Source: an uncultured Gammaproteobacteria bacterium (lineage in GTDB: Bacteria > Patescibacteriota > Microgenomatia > Woykebacterales > RBG-16-39-9b). From it: 64,000 nucleotides of DNA. Positions 19,160-28,161 of this stretch are shown here, one piece after another. Numbering within the stretch: position 1 is the first letter of the stretch; each line of letters starts with the position of its first letter. The position numbers and the translations under genes were made by a program. A model generated the notes under the pieces. The model saw nothing but the letters and a program-made list of their open reading frames with translations, searched no databases and was not told the origin of the DNA. The stretch is from the NCBI GenBank assembly GCA_964360785.1, contig CAYHXX010000001.1, positions 412,264 to 476,263 on the forward strand, given 5' to 3'.

Positions 19160-20226
19160 AATTGTCCGCGATTAAACTCGACCTCCTTGCCAGCTGCATC
19201 GAAAAACTTAGTTCGCGCTTCTCTTGAATCTTTTTTCCAACTACCATCAATCATACTACCGTCTCTAAATATCTTTGCTGCTCCAGAACCCACAGTCTGT
19301 ACATCTCTGTTAAACACCTTCGGGGTAACTTCCTTTAAACCTGAATAGTTTAAGAAAGCTATCACGACATTTTTCACTGTAATCTGAACATTATGCTCCG
19401 AATCGAGGTGGCTTTGCCCTCCATTTACTCTTTTATAAGTATTGGTTGTAGTATCGTAATCCCACCTAACTGAATAGGCTCCCTTAAGCCCAATATTAAT
19501 TGTTGGGTTCGTAGGAGGGTTAACTGGGGAATCTTCTTTGAATTTCCATGACTCGATACTTACGCCAGAATTCACATTTCTTTTATTCGTTACTTCCCAC
19601 AATTTATCCGTGTGCGAAAACCCGCAGTGCTCTGACCGACAATTTGGCGGCAAACGGTAAAATGCTGCTGTCCCGATTGCAAATTGATCCAAATCCTTTG
19701 CCCCAAAAGTTTTACCGGCCAAGGATCTCACGTACTCATTTCCTCCCCAATGTGCATAAGCAGCTTTGTACTCTATTGCCCAGTCAAAATAATATTCTCT
19801 CGCGCTTCTCACTGGCCCCATCTGAGTTGAGTTTGTCAAGAAAACCGCCACAAACCTTGTGATGTCTCCCTCTGCAAGAGCTTCGTAGACAATATCTGCT
19901 TTCGATAAGCCTTTCTGTGGTCGGGCAGAAGTTGAATTTTCTACCATTACAGCCAGCGGAACCCGATTTTGCCATACTTCAGCTTCTTTCTTCGGGTACA
20001 AAACGCCCGTGATCGGATTAGCTACTCTTGTCTCCTCTGGTTTTCCACTTATCAACTTACCTTTAGGCGAGATAGCCTGATCTAGACTCTCCAGTTTTTT
20101 GGAACCAACCAAATACCCTGACCAGGCAGAAACTCCAATCAATATCAGAAATAACCCAACTACAATTGCCTTCTTGGGGGCGGAGAGATGGGCAAACTTC
20201 TCTTTTAAGTAAGCAAACGATTTCAT
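19123..20226 (-). CDS. DUF3048-like secreted/membrane-anchored protein
   Basis: N-terminal TM. RVPLAVMVENSTSARPQKGLSKADIVYEALAEGDITRF matches the DUF3048 N-domain signature. 367 aa. Confidence 0.5.
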   Translation of the reverse strand: MKSFAYLKEKFAHLSAPKKAIVVGLFLILIGVSAWSGYLVGSKKLESLDQAISPKGKLISGKPEETRVANPITGVLYPKKEAEVWQNRVPLAVMVENSTSARPQKGLSKADIVYEALAEGDITRFVAVFLTNSTQMGPVRSAREYYFDWAIEYKAAYAHWGGNEYVRSLAGKTFGAKDLDQFAIGTAAFYRLPPNCRSEHCGFSHTDKLWEVTNKRNVNSGVSIESWKFKEDSPVNPPTNPTINIGLKGAYSVRWDYDTTTNTYKRVNGGQSHLDSEHNVQITVKNVVIAFLNYSGLKEVTPKVFNRDVQTVGSGAAKIFRDGSMIDGSWKKDSREARTKFFDAAGKEVEFNRGQFWMEMIPVGTSV

Positions 20227-20343
20227 AACTTGAAATACTATAGAATCACCTTATTTTGCCTTAGAGAGTAACATAACTACTCGAAAATTTGCAAGAAGTG
20301 AGTTTAATACCTTGCGACGATCTTTTTTGTGTGCTAGCATTTC

Positions 20344-20652
20344 TTGCAGAAACAGATACTATTTCAGCTTATGCCAAAGAAAACTCGACAAGAAAAAATC
20401 CTAGCTAGACTCAGACGTCTTGAAAGAGTCCAGGAACCTAAAACTGCAAACGAGCAAAATTTGGCAGGAACTACTGAAATTCCTAAAGTCTCCTTTCAAC
20501 TCAAAACAGAGACAAATCCAGCAGCGGCCTCAACTATTAAAGCTACCAGTTTTGACTACTCATACGTCTACAAAGACCTTACAAGATCTTTGATTTTTGC
20601 TGCTGTGGCAGTTATTATTCAGGTTGTCTTAGCAATATTTGTAATTAATTAA
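20344..20652 (+). CDS. Hypothetical small protein with C-terminal TM (likely true start is the ATG at 20371)
   Basis: The track ORF starts at TTG. The internal ATG gives MPKKTRQEK.... C-terminal helix IFAAVAVIIQVVLAIFVI. An intrinsic terminator lies about 70 nt downstream. Confidence 0.4.
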   Translation: MQKQILFQLMPKKTRQEKILARLRRLERVQEPKTANEQNLAGTTEIPKVSFQLKTETNPAAASTIKATSFDYSYVYKDLTRSLIFAAVAVIIQVVLAIFVIN

Positions 20653-20715
20653 AGTTTATTTGAACCTAATTGTGCTTGACAGGCTCAGATAAGGTATGCT
20701 ACGATCATTTTCGAG

Positions 20716-20750
20716 GCTAGTTAGCCTCAAATTGTTTTTTTAAAGAAAGT
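20716..20750 (+). terminator. Intrinsic terminator (GAGGCT/AGCCTC stem, then TTTTTTT)
   Basis: 6-bp stem, 4-nt loop, seven-T run. Confidence 0.5.
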
Positions 20751-20903
20751 ATAGCTTTAAGCAAAGTAAAGCTTTCGGAAAAGTAACATCCTCTTTTACT
20801 ATTTTTATCCTCAATTGAAGGGAGGTGAATTAGGAAACAGTTAGTAGTAGCAGTAGCAGTAAACCCTGCATACAGCCTACTGTTTACTAATCCCTAGATA
20901 ACT

Positions 20904-21044
20904 ATGGCTTCAATGTATTGTGTTAAATGTCGTGCAAAGAAAGAAGTTGCCAACCCAGAGCAAGTAACCATGAAAAATGGTAAAAAAGCTCTTCGTGGTA
21001 CTTGTCCAGATTGTGGTACCAAAATGTTCAAGATTGGTGGTTAG
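20904..21044 (+). CDS. DUF5679-like zinc-ribbon microprotein (46 aa)
   Basis: MASMYCVKCRAKKEVANPEQVTMKNGKKALRGTCPDCGTKMFKIGG, with a CxxC...CxxC pattern. Missing from the ORF track (shorter than 60 aa). Confidence 0.6.
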   Translation: MASMYCVKCRAKKEVANPEQVTMKNGKKALRGTCPDCGTKMFKIGG

Positions 21045-21101
21045 TAATTTCTCACCGTCTTCAGAGAAACCCTTTTAGTATTTTGCTAGGGGGTTTTTCT
21101 G

Positions 21102-21707
21102 TTAAGCGGACAATTTTTCTTTGAGGAGGTGGTAGAAAGTTGGAAGCAGGGAAACAAAGATAATTACCGCTAAAACCGGCAAGATATACTTATCAACGTT
21201 GGGAATTGATTTGCCGGCAATATAACCTAGCGCTGTAATACCAATTGCCCATAAGAGACCACCAATAATATTATAGAAAAAGAAAGTGCTGTAGTTCATT
21301 CTGGCTGCCCCAGCAACGATTGGGGCAAAGGTTCGCACAATTGGGGTAAACCGGGCTAATATCAGTGTCTTTCCACCGTGTTTCTCGTAGAAAGCTTCCG
21401 CTTTTTGCAAATGTTTTTTGTGAAACCAGAAGGAGTCTTCCTTATTAAAGATCTTTGGTCCCAATCTTTTACCAAAAGCATAACCAACGTTGTCCCCCAA
21501 TACAGCCGCAACAAAACAACCAAAAGCTAAAGTATAGATATTGAAAAGCCCTGCGGAGGCTAAGAAACCGGCTGTAAAGAGCAGGCTATCTCCTGGCAGA
21601 AAAATTCCGATCAGTAGCCCAGATTCAGCAAAAACAATCCCGAAAACACCAAAGTATCCGATTGTTCTGATGAGATTTTCAAGGTCAAAATGTATTAGGG
21701 ATTCCAT
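21102..21707 (-). CDS. DedA-family membrane protein
   Basis: DedA/SNARE-associated motif VAAVLGDNVGYAFGKRLG. 201 aa. Confidence 0.8.
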   Translation of the reverse strand: MESLIHFDLENLIRTIGYFGVFGIVFAESGLLIGIFLPGDSLLFTAGFLASAGLFNIYTLAFGCFVAAVLGDNVGYAFGKRLGPKIFNKEDSFWFHKKHLQKAEAFYEKHGGKTLILARFTPIVRTFAPIVAGAARMNYSTFFFYNIIGGLLWAIGITALGYIAGKSIPNVDKYILPVLAVIIFVSLLPTFYHLLKEKLSA

Positions 21708-21708
21708 T

Positions 21709-23256
21709 CTAGGAGTCTGTTATTCTGTACTGTATTGCTTCGGCAATATGTTTACTTTTAATGTCGGTTGCACTTTCAAGGTCTGCAATAGTTCGTGCAA
21801 CTTTCAGTATTCTAACATAACCCCGGGCTGAGATCTGAAACCTGTTGATTGCAGATGTAATCAGACTCTTACTTTCTTCATCCAAAGTACAAATCTCCTT
21901 CACTTGCCTAGTGTTCATCTCTGAATTACTTATCAAATTCAGTTTTCTCAGGCGTGTTTGTTGAAGATCACGTGCTTTTTGGACTCTACTCCTTACTACT
22001 TTTGAGCTTTCACCAGATGGTAAATCTACTAACTCGTTTGTCCTCACAGCTGGTACATTGAGAAAGATATCTATCCGATCAAGAATTGGTCCAGACAAGC
22101 GTTTTTTGTATCTGGAAATTTGCCCTGGTAAACATGTACAGGTCTTAACATTATCGCCGAAATAACCACAGGGGCAGGGGTTGGCTGCCGCTACTAGTGT
22201 AAACTTTGCCGGAAATGAGACTGAACTACTTGCCCGGGAAACTGTTACAAAACCATCTTCAATCGGCTGACGCAGTGCTTCTAAAACACTTCGAGGAAAT
22301 TCTGGAAACTCATCGAGAAAAAGCACACCCCGATGGGCTAGGGATATTTCCCCAGGCTTTGGATTTGTCCCTCCACCAATTATCCCCACGCTACTTGCTG
22401 TATGATGGGGGGAGCGAAAAGGTCTTAGTGAGATCAAACCCTTCTCCACCCGTTTCAGAACTGAATATATTTTTGTAACTTCCACAGCTTCTGAGAAAGT
22501 TAGCTTGGGTAGTATTGAAGGAAAGGTCCGCGCCAAAAGCGTCTTTCCCGCTCCAGGAGGGCCTTGCAGTAACAAATTATGTCCCCCTGCAGCCGCTATT
22601 TCCAAAGCTCTTTTGGCCTGCTCCTGTCCTCTTACATCTTTCATATCAAACTCATCAGAAACATGATCATCAAACTGAAACGTGTTTTTCTCTAGTTTAT
22701 TTATTTCGGTTATCTTGGCAAGATGATCAAATATCTCTTTAATGCTCTTGGCTGGATAGATTGTTAAACCTTCAACAACTGAGGCCTCTATAGCATTCTC
22801 TGCCGGCAGAATAAGTTCCTTAAACCCAAACTCTTTTGCCATGGCAGCAAGTAGCAATGTGCCTTTGGTAGGGTTTATCGAACCATCGAGTGAAAGCTCC
22901 CCAAAAACTAGCGTGGATGAGAGGTCACAAACAAGCTGTCCAGAAGCAATCAAAATTCCGACTGCAATAGGCAGATCAAAAGCCGGTCCCTCTTTGGGTA
23001 AATCAGCTGGAGCAAGATTAACTGTAATTCTTTTTGCTGGAAAGTCAGCACCGGTATTTTTCAGAGCTGCTCGAACGCGTTCTTTTGATTCCTCAACTGC
23101 TTTGTCAGGCAATCCAACTATTGTAAAGGAAGGAAGACCTTGCGTAGCAATATCAACTTCGACCACCACTGGAAGCGCCGTCAAACCAACTACGGAACCC
23201 GAATTGATTTTTGCTAACATAAATAATTTTTTTTGCAAAAACATGGCCATTAACAA
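21709..23256 (-). CDS. comM: YifB/ComM-family Mg-chelatase-like AAA+ ATPase
   Basis: Walker A LLQGPPGAGKT, Mg-chelatase ChlI-like core, C-terminal zinc-ribbon-like CPCGYFGD...CTC. 515 aa. Confidence 0.85.
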   Translation of the reverse strand: MLMAMFLQKKLFMLAKINSGSVVGLTALPVVVEVDIATQGLPSFTIVGLPDKAVEESKERVRAALKNTGADFPAKRITVNLAPADLPKEGPAFDLPIAVGILIASGQLVCDLSSTLVFGELSLDGSINPTKGTLLLAAMAKEFGFKELILPAENAIEASVVEGLTIYPAKSIKEIFDHLAKITEINKLEKNTFQFDDHVSDEFDMKDVRGQEQAKRALEIAAAGGHNLLLQGPPGAGKTLLARTFPSILPKLTFSEAVEVTKIYSVLKRVEKGLISLRPFRSPHHTASSVGIIGGGTNPKPGEISLAHRGVLFLDEFPEFPRSVLEALRQPIEDGFVTVSRASSSVSFPAKFTLVAAANPCPCGYFGDNVKTCTCLPGQISRYKKRLSGPILDRIDIFLNVPAVRTNELVDLPSGESSKVVRSRVQKARDLQQTRLRKLNLISNSEMNTRQVKEICTLDEESKSLITSAINRFQISARGYVRILKVARTIADLESATDIKSKHIAEAIQYRITDS

Positions 23257-23340
23257 GAAAATATTTTTGCAAGCATTGGCAAAAGTATAATCATTTTATT
23301 CTTAAAAACAAGATGTTTTCTTTATTTCAAACTAATTGTT

Positions 23341-23736
23341 ATGATAAACAATAATATGACTGAAAAACCCAAACGAATACTGCTTGTTGAAGATGATGAT
23401 ATTTTGATAGATGTTTACAAACATTTTTTTGAAAAGTCTGGATTTTGGGTTTACACGGCCAATAATGGTCCTGACGCAGTCGCCTACTCTGAGAACCAAG
23501 ACTTTGATATTGTAGTATTGGATATTATTATCCCTGGCTTTGATGGATTCACTGTACTTCGGAAATTAAGAGAAAATCAAAAAACGGCTACTCTACCTGT
23601 TATGGTCATGACCAATCTTGATGAGGATAAGTACTTAACCAGAGCACTAAAACTCGGAGCTAGTGAGTATCTGATAAAAGCCAATACAACCCCTCAAGTT
23701 GCTGTCGATCATATAAAAACTATTATTGGTAAGTGA
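23341..23736 (+). CDS. Stand-alone response-regulator receiver (CheY-like) domain protein
   Basis: LLVEDDD...DIVVLDIIIPGFDG...MTNL...K. All REC acidic pocket, T and K positions present. 131 aa, no output domain. Confidence 0.8.
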   Translation: MINNNMTEKPKRILLVEDDDILIDVYKHFFEKSGFWVYTANNGPDAVAYSENQDFDIVVLDIIIPGFDGFTVLRKLRENQKTATLPVMVMTNLDEDKYLTRALKLGASEYLIKANTTPQVAVDHIKTIIGK

Positions 23737-23738
23737 GA

Positions 23739-24431
23739 TTAGATAGAAAATTCAATTACGACGTTTTCGTAAATAATTGTAAAGTTCTTTTCTGAAGTCG
23801 GAACTATGTAAGAAATAGTCATTTTTGTTGTTTCCGAAGGATTTATGCTCGAGTTGCTTGTCTGGGGAGAACCACCTTCGTAACCATAACCAGAGGTGTA
23901 TTGATTGTCCTTACTGTCTTTTAGTCGGAAACTGCTCGGTGAGTAATAAGCTACTTTGTCAGTAGTGTTCGTGACCGAGATTTTCAAAACGAGACTAGAT
24001 TGCTTGTAATACTCTGTATCGAGAGAGGCTGATTGTGACGCATTCTTTTCATAGTACTTCTTACTTTCTTCTTTTTGCTTCTCAAAGGTAGCATCATGTT
24101 TAGCTTCCTCAAGCTCAATTGCGATCCCATTTTTGGCTTTTACCTCTTCACCCAATTTTGCCTCTACCAGATCGGGAATATCTTCTTTTTCTTTTGTTTC
24201 TGATGCTGGCTTATCTGCTTTCTCGGCGACAACTTCTTTCCTAGCGCTGTCTTGGCCCAAAAAGTACGATCCGACTGAAAGTAACACCAATACCAGTACA
24301 CCAACCACAACAAGAACTATAAATTTTGTTTTCTGAAAGGTAATAGTTTTTGGAGGCGCTTTAGTGGGAGCGTCAAGATTGGTTTCTTCTTTTGTTGGTT
24401 CCGAAGGAACAGGGGCAGACTCTTCTGGCAT
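23739..24431 (-). CDS. Membrane-anchored hypothetical protein with DUF4352-like C-terminal beta domain
   Basis: Pro/Glu-rich N-terminus, one TM, charged linker. The C-terminal segment ends TISYIVPTSEKNFTIIYENVVIEFSI. Confidence 0.4.
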   Translation of the reverse strand: MPEESAPVPSEPTKEETNLDAPTKAPPKTITFQKTKFIVLVVVGVLVLVLLSVGSYFLGQDSARKEVVAEKADKPASETKEKEDIPDLVEAKLGEEVKAKNGIAIELEEAKHDATFEKQKEESKKYYEKNASQSASLDTEYYKQSSLVLKISVTNTTDKVAYYSPSSFRLKDSKDNQYTSGYGYEGGSPQTSNSSINPSETTKMTISYIVPTSEKNFTIIYENVVIEFSI

Positions 24432-24476
24432 TGAGTATATTATTTGTTAATAACTAGGGATTGTCAAATATTTAAC

Positions 24477-25676
24477 TTAGATGAGATTTTTCTTGCGAGC
24501 CTCAGTATAAATTTGTTTTTTTGAAATTAACCAACCACCAAGACCAAGCAAGGTAGCGAAAAGGCCAACTAAACCACCTATCACTGGAATAATTGTTAAT
24601 ATTCCGTAGACAACTAAACCGATTAGCAAAGCCCAAACCTGATGAATTTTCCAACCAAATTTGCCCATTAACCATTCACCGATCAGGTAAGTGACTAGAA
24701 CTCGTACGAAATACAACAATATCCCATAAAGAGCGAGCAAAACAATTCCAAAAGGAATTCCAACTAGAGTTACCATCAAAACTACCGCCAGAATTGGAGT
24801 TAGTACTAATGCAAGAAACCCCACCCCCAAAGCTGACCAAGGTTGTTCTTTCAGCGTGTTCACACTTCTATCAAAGAATCCGGGTACAAATTTTATAAGC
24901 AACAGACCCATTACAAACCAAACAAGCAAGTTTGCAAGTTTTAAGGCCAATGAAAATCCGGCAATAATTCCTAAAATCTTTGTTTTATCAACATACGATC
25001 TGTTCGTTGGCGACGTTTTTTTGGTAATCTCACCGCTGACCAATGCCGAATCATCAATAGAGGCCTCGGTGTCGCTCCAATAGGTAATGTTACCTTTAAC
25101 TACTGCTTTCGACGTAAGTCTGAGCACACCAACACCAGCATCAACATCCCCACCAACACTACTATTTAGAGTTAAGGTTCCAGCACCGGAATTTATGGTT
25201 GTTCCAACTGGAGCGTTAACGTTAACATTCCCGCCAAAAGCTATAAGTGCTTTTCCAATTGACGCAGATTCTGTAATATCAACACTTCCGCCCGCCACTG
25301 TTAGATTTTTCCCGATCTTTCCGCTTATTCTTATTTGTCCACCTGTAACCCGAATATCATCGGAAACCTCCCCAGAAACAGTTACCTCGCCACCAGCTGC
25401 TATCAGATCTCCGTTTATCTTTCCAGTCACCAACAATACACCACCGGCAACAAAAACATCTCCGTTTACAGTCCCTGCAATTTCTACTCTTTCGTTTGCT
25501 GCAAAATAGGTTCTATTTACGGTTTCATTTTTCTCTATACTAGTAACTTGGACTTTTTTTGAATCGCTAGATTGCGCCGCAACAGTGGAAGTGATAAAAA
25601 GTAAGAAAATTAATGGAACTATCAACCAAAGTCTCTTCATTAGGCCAATAATATTACTTGGATACTGGTCTGTCAA
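24477..25676 (-). CDS. Bactofilin/DUF4097-like beta-helix repeat protein with signal peptide and C-terminal polytopic membrane domain
   Basis: Repeats of the VNGDVFVAGG/INGDLIAAGG/VSGEVSDDIRVTGG/ISGKIGKNLTVAGG type, then about four TMs. Confidence 0.5.
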   Translation of the reverse strand: MTDQYPSNIIGLMKRLWLIVPLIFLLFITSTVAAQSSDSKKVQVTSIEKNETVNRTYFAANERVEIAGTVNGDVFVAGGVLLVTGKINGDLIAAGGEVTVSGEVSDDIRVTGGQIRISGKIGKNLTVAGGSVDITESASIGKALIAFGGNVNVNAPVGTTINSGAGTLTLNSSVGGDVDAGVGVLRLTSKAVVKGNITYWSDTEASIDDSALVSGEITKKTSPTNRSYVDKTKILGIIAGFSLALKLANLLVWFVMGLLLIKFVPGFFDRSVNTLKEQPWSALGVGFLALVLTPILAVVLMVTLVGIPFGIVLLALYGILLYFVRVLVTYLIGEWLMGKFGWKIHQVWALLIGLVVYGILTIIPVIGGLVGLFATLLGLGGWLISKKQIYTEARKKNLI

Positions 25677-25685
25677 GTCTCCTTT

Positions 25686-25725
25686 AACAACAAAAAACTC
25701 AAACCATTATCAGCTTGAGTCTTTT
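25686..25725 (-). terminator. Intrinsic terminator downstream of rnpB (ACTCAA/TTGAGT stem, then TTTTTTG)
   Basis: Seen on the minus strand immediately 3' of the P1 3' strand. Confidence 0.5.
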
Positions 25726-25728
25726 GGC

Positions 25729-26129
25729 GTTCAAAGGTAAATAATAAGCCAGATTCTGTTCTCCGCCAGATGGCGGATGATGGAAATCTATCTAAAGTTG
25801 ATCGTATTGGTCAACCTTTTCCGGTTTAGCCGGAATGCCCTCGACTTTGGTACTCAGGAAGCGCTGTCTTTGTCGTACCGTTCGGAGGTTACACCAAGGC
25901 GGATTGCCCGTTTCACTCTTTGACCAAATACTAGGGTCAAAGCTTCGTCACTGTTGCTCTCAGTAAATGTAATTTCACTTACTGTGTTGTCTGTCTCTCT
26001 AGTTAAGATACATACAACCACGAGACCTTGCGGCTAGCTGCTTACACAGCTCACTTTGCTTCGGGTGTCTGGACTTTCCTCTACCCCTAGCTTTAGCGGA
26101 GGGTAGTATCCATCCTTTTACCTTTGAAC
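25729..26129 (-). ncRNA. rnpB: RNase P RNA (bacterial type A)
   Basis: Perfect 13-bp P1 pairing (GTTCAAAGGTAAA with TTTACCTTTGAAC). P3 hairpin. GGAAAGTCCAGAC (P4 5' strand), GAGTGAAACGGG, and ACAGAATCTGGCTTAT (P4 3' strand) conserved blocks. Confidence 0.8.
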
Positions 26130-26136
26130 GAGCCTG

Positions 26137-26165
26137 ATTATACCAGAAAAAGCTTCAATTTTCAA
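26137..26165 (-). promoter_or_regulatory. Consensus sigma70-type promoter for rnpB (TTGAAA-17-TATAAT), with the -10 element 6 nt upstream of the P1 5' end
   Basis: Minus strand reads TTGAAAATTGAAGCTTTTTCTGGTATAATCAGGCTC then GTTCAAAGG. Confidence 0.5.
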
Positions 26166-26190
26166 GTCGCTAAGGGTTATAATAAAGTTT

Positions 26191-27162
26191 ATGCCTGAAA
26201 TAATCATTTTCATCGTCGCCCTCCTTGCTGCTATTAGAGGCGCTGACTGGGTGGGAAAAGCTAGTATCTCATTTGCCAAACGTCTTGGGGTTTCCCAGTT
26301 TATCATTGGTGTAACCTTTGTCTCAATAGCCACAACTTTACCCGAACTAGCTGTCGCCTTTATTTCCGGAACCATAAACCACAATCCGCCGTTTGGTCTT
26401 GGTAATGTTTTAGGATCACCCATAATCAACCTAGGTCTCATACTGGGTTCTTTCTTTATTATCTCAAAGCACCAACCTTCCCTAGGCTATTATTCACGCG
26501 CAATCAATATTTTTATCATTGTTTCAGCTATCCTGTTGATTGCATCATTTTTTAGACCTATCGGTGGATTACTCAGTATATTTCTAATACTCTTTGGAGT
26601 AGCTTTTATAGTACTGGAGTTTCTTTTAAGTCAAAGAACTAAAAGTTTAATTGACGGTGTGGAAAACCGCTTTGATAAATTTATCAGTTTCTTTCACCTT
26701 GCTGGAAATAGAGACGTGATCTTAGAGTTTATTTTCGGAACGGCCTTGTTAATATTTGGTTGTAAGTTCTTGGTGGATTCTGGGGTTGCAATTGCCAACA
26801 ACGTTGGGGTCAACAGCTTCTTTATCTCAGCGACTGTACTCGCAGCCGGAACCTCACTACCTGAACTTGTGACTATGATCACTTCAGTAATAAAAAAACG
26901 AGATGGGATCTCAATCGGAAATTTAGTGGGAGCTTCTGTAATTGATGCCACGATTGGTGTTGGACTTGCCACAATCGCAAAACCGGCAGCTCTTACAACG
27001 GTTTTCAGTATTTTATTTTTTGTGACCATGATTGGACTTGGAATAGTCTGTTTGATAGCCCTTTGGCGACGTATAAAAATTGAGGTTATTGGGGGGATTC
27101 TAGTTGCTACGGCCTTAGCCTTTGTAATACTGCTTTCTTTACTTGAATTTACTTCTCGTTAG
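26191..27162 (+). CDS. CaCA-family Na+/Ca2+ exchanger-like membrane protein
   Basis: Two alpha-repeat regions (GNVLGSPIINLGLILG and GNLVGASVIDATIGVGL). About 10 TMs. 323 aa. Confidence 0.75.
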   Translation: MPEIIIFIVALLAAIRGADWVGKASISFAKRLGVSQFIIGVTFVSIATTLPELAVAFISGTINHNPPFGLGNVLGSPIINLGLILGSFFIISKHQPSLGYYSRAINIFIIVSAILLIASFFRPIGGLLSIFLILFGVAFIVLEFLLSQRTKSLIDGVENRFDKFISFFHLAGNRDVILEFIFGTALLIFGCKFLVDSGVAIANNVGVNSFFISATVLAAGTSLPELVTMITSVIKKRDGISIGNLVGASVIDATIGVGLATIAKPAALTTVFSILFFVTMIGLGIVCLIALWRRIKIEVIGGILVATALAFVILLSLLEFTSR

Positions 27163-28159
27163 AAAACTCAAATATATCCAATACTATAACTTGAATCATT
27201 GCCGCTGCTGGAACCGCGATTAAAGCACCAGGAAAACCGAATAAAGTTGCTCCAATCAAAAACGATAATATGGCAAACAAAGGGTTCAGACCAACAGCAG
27301 CTTGCATTATCTTTGGTACGAGTAGATTATTTTCAAGTTGCTGCACTATCACAAAAAGTACTAATACACCTACAGCAGAAACTGGGCTACCGCTGGCGAC
27401 AGTCACTAGAATTGATATCACCCCAGAAAGGATTGGTCCAATATTTGGTATAAACTCCAAGATCCCAGCCATAACTGCAAGCGGTAGGGCATAAGGAACT
27501 TTAAGCAGAGATAGACCAATGTAGGTAGCAAGTCCCACAATAAACATCAGAGCAATCTCACCTCGTACCCAATGGCCAAGCTGAACATCGACCTTGCTAG
27601 CCAAGTTTGTAACTCGTTCTTTTGGCAAAAAGGGTATTACAAAATGGAGATTCTTTTTGATCCGATCCCTCTCAAGAAGTAGATAAAAGCTTAAGACAGC
27701 GATGGTGATAAGATTGAAAACACCATTGATTGTTGTAAATACCACTCTCATCAAACTATCCAGTCCAGAAGCTAAATAGTTGGCTCCGACGCTGAAGACT
27801 TGTTTGTTCTCTATCCCAGGTACAAAACTCCCACCATATATCTCACTTATCTTCAACAAATAGTTCGGTAAAGCAATAATAAATTCTCTCAGTTGTATTA
27901 ACAAAGGCGGCAAGACTAGAAATAGTAGGAGCCCCCAAAAGATTACAGCCAATATATACGCTGATATCGCAGCTCCAACACGATTGAAACCTCGGGCTTG
28001 AAGAAAATCAGCAATCTGCGCAAAAGCGGTCATCAGGATAACAGAAGCTAGTATTAGTATGAAAACAAAGCGAAGCTGCCAAGCAACAAAAAAGGCAAGG
28101 AGAATTAGTATTGTTTTGAATATTGTACCTGTTGAGATTTCTACAACCTGTGGTTTCAC
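27149..28159 (-). CDS. AI-2E family (UPF0118/PerM-like) transporter
   Basis: Eight TMs. Conserved IGLSLLKVPYALPLAVMAGILEFIPNIGPILSGV block. Confidence 0.8.
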   Translation of the reverse strand: MKPQVVEISTGTIFKTILILLAFFVAWQLRFVFILILASVILMTAFAQIADFLQARGFNRVGAAISAYILAVIFWGLLLFLVLPPLLIQLREFIIALPNYLLKISEIYGGSFVPGIENKQVFSVGANYLASGLDSLMRVVFTTINGVFNLITIAVLSFYLLLERDRIKKNLHFVIPFLPKERVTNLASKVDVQLGHWVRGEIALMFIVGLATYIGLSLLKVPYALPLAVMAGILEFIPNIGPILSGVISILVTVASGSPVSAVGVLVLFVIVQQLENNLLVPKIMQAAVGLNPLFAILSFLIGATLFGFPGALIAVPAAAMIQVIVLDIFEFSNEK

Positions 28160-28161
28160 AA

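Noticed and set aside
20653-20715. TTGACA-18-TACGAT promoter-like match
   Set aside because: It sits between the stop of 20344..20652 and that gene's terminator hairpin. A promoter firing directly into a terminator is implausible, so this is probably chance.
25087-25562. Plus-strand ORFs (140 and 75 aa) inside 24477..25676
   Set aside because: They are antisense to the beta-helix repeat gene and have Pro/Thr/Ser low-complexity products typical of the reverse frame of Gly/Val repeats.
26118-26441. 107-aa minus ORF overlapping the rnpB 5' end and the CaCA gene
   Set aside because: This region is explained by RNase P RNA and a bona fide transporter gene on the opposite strand.
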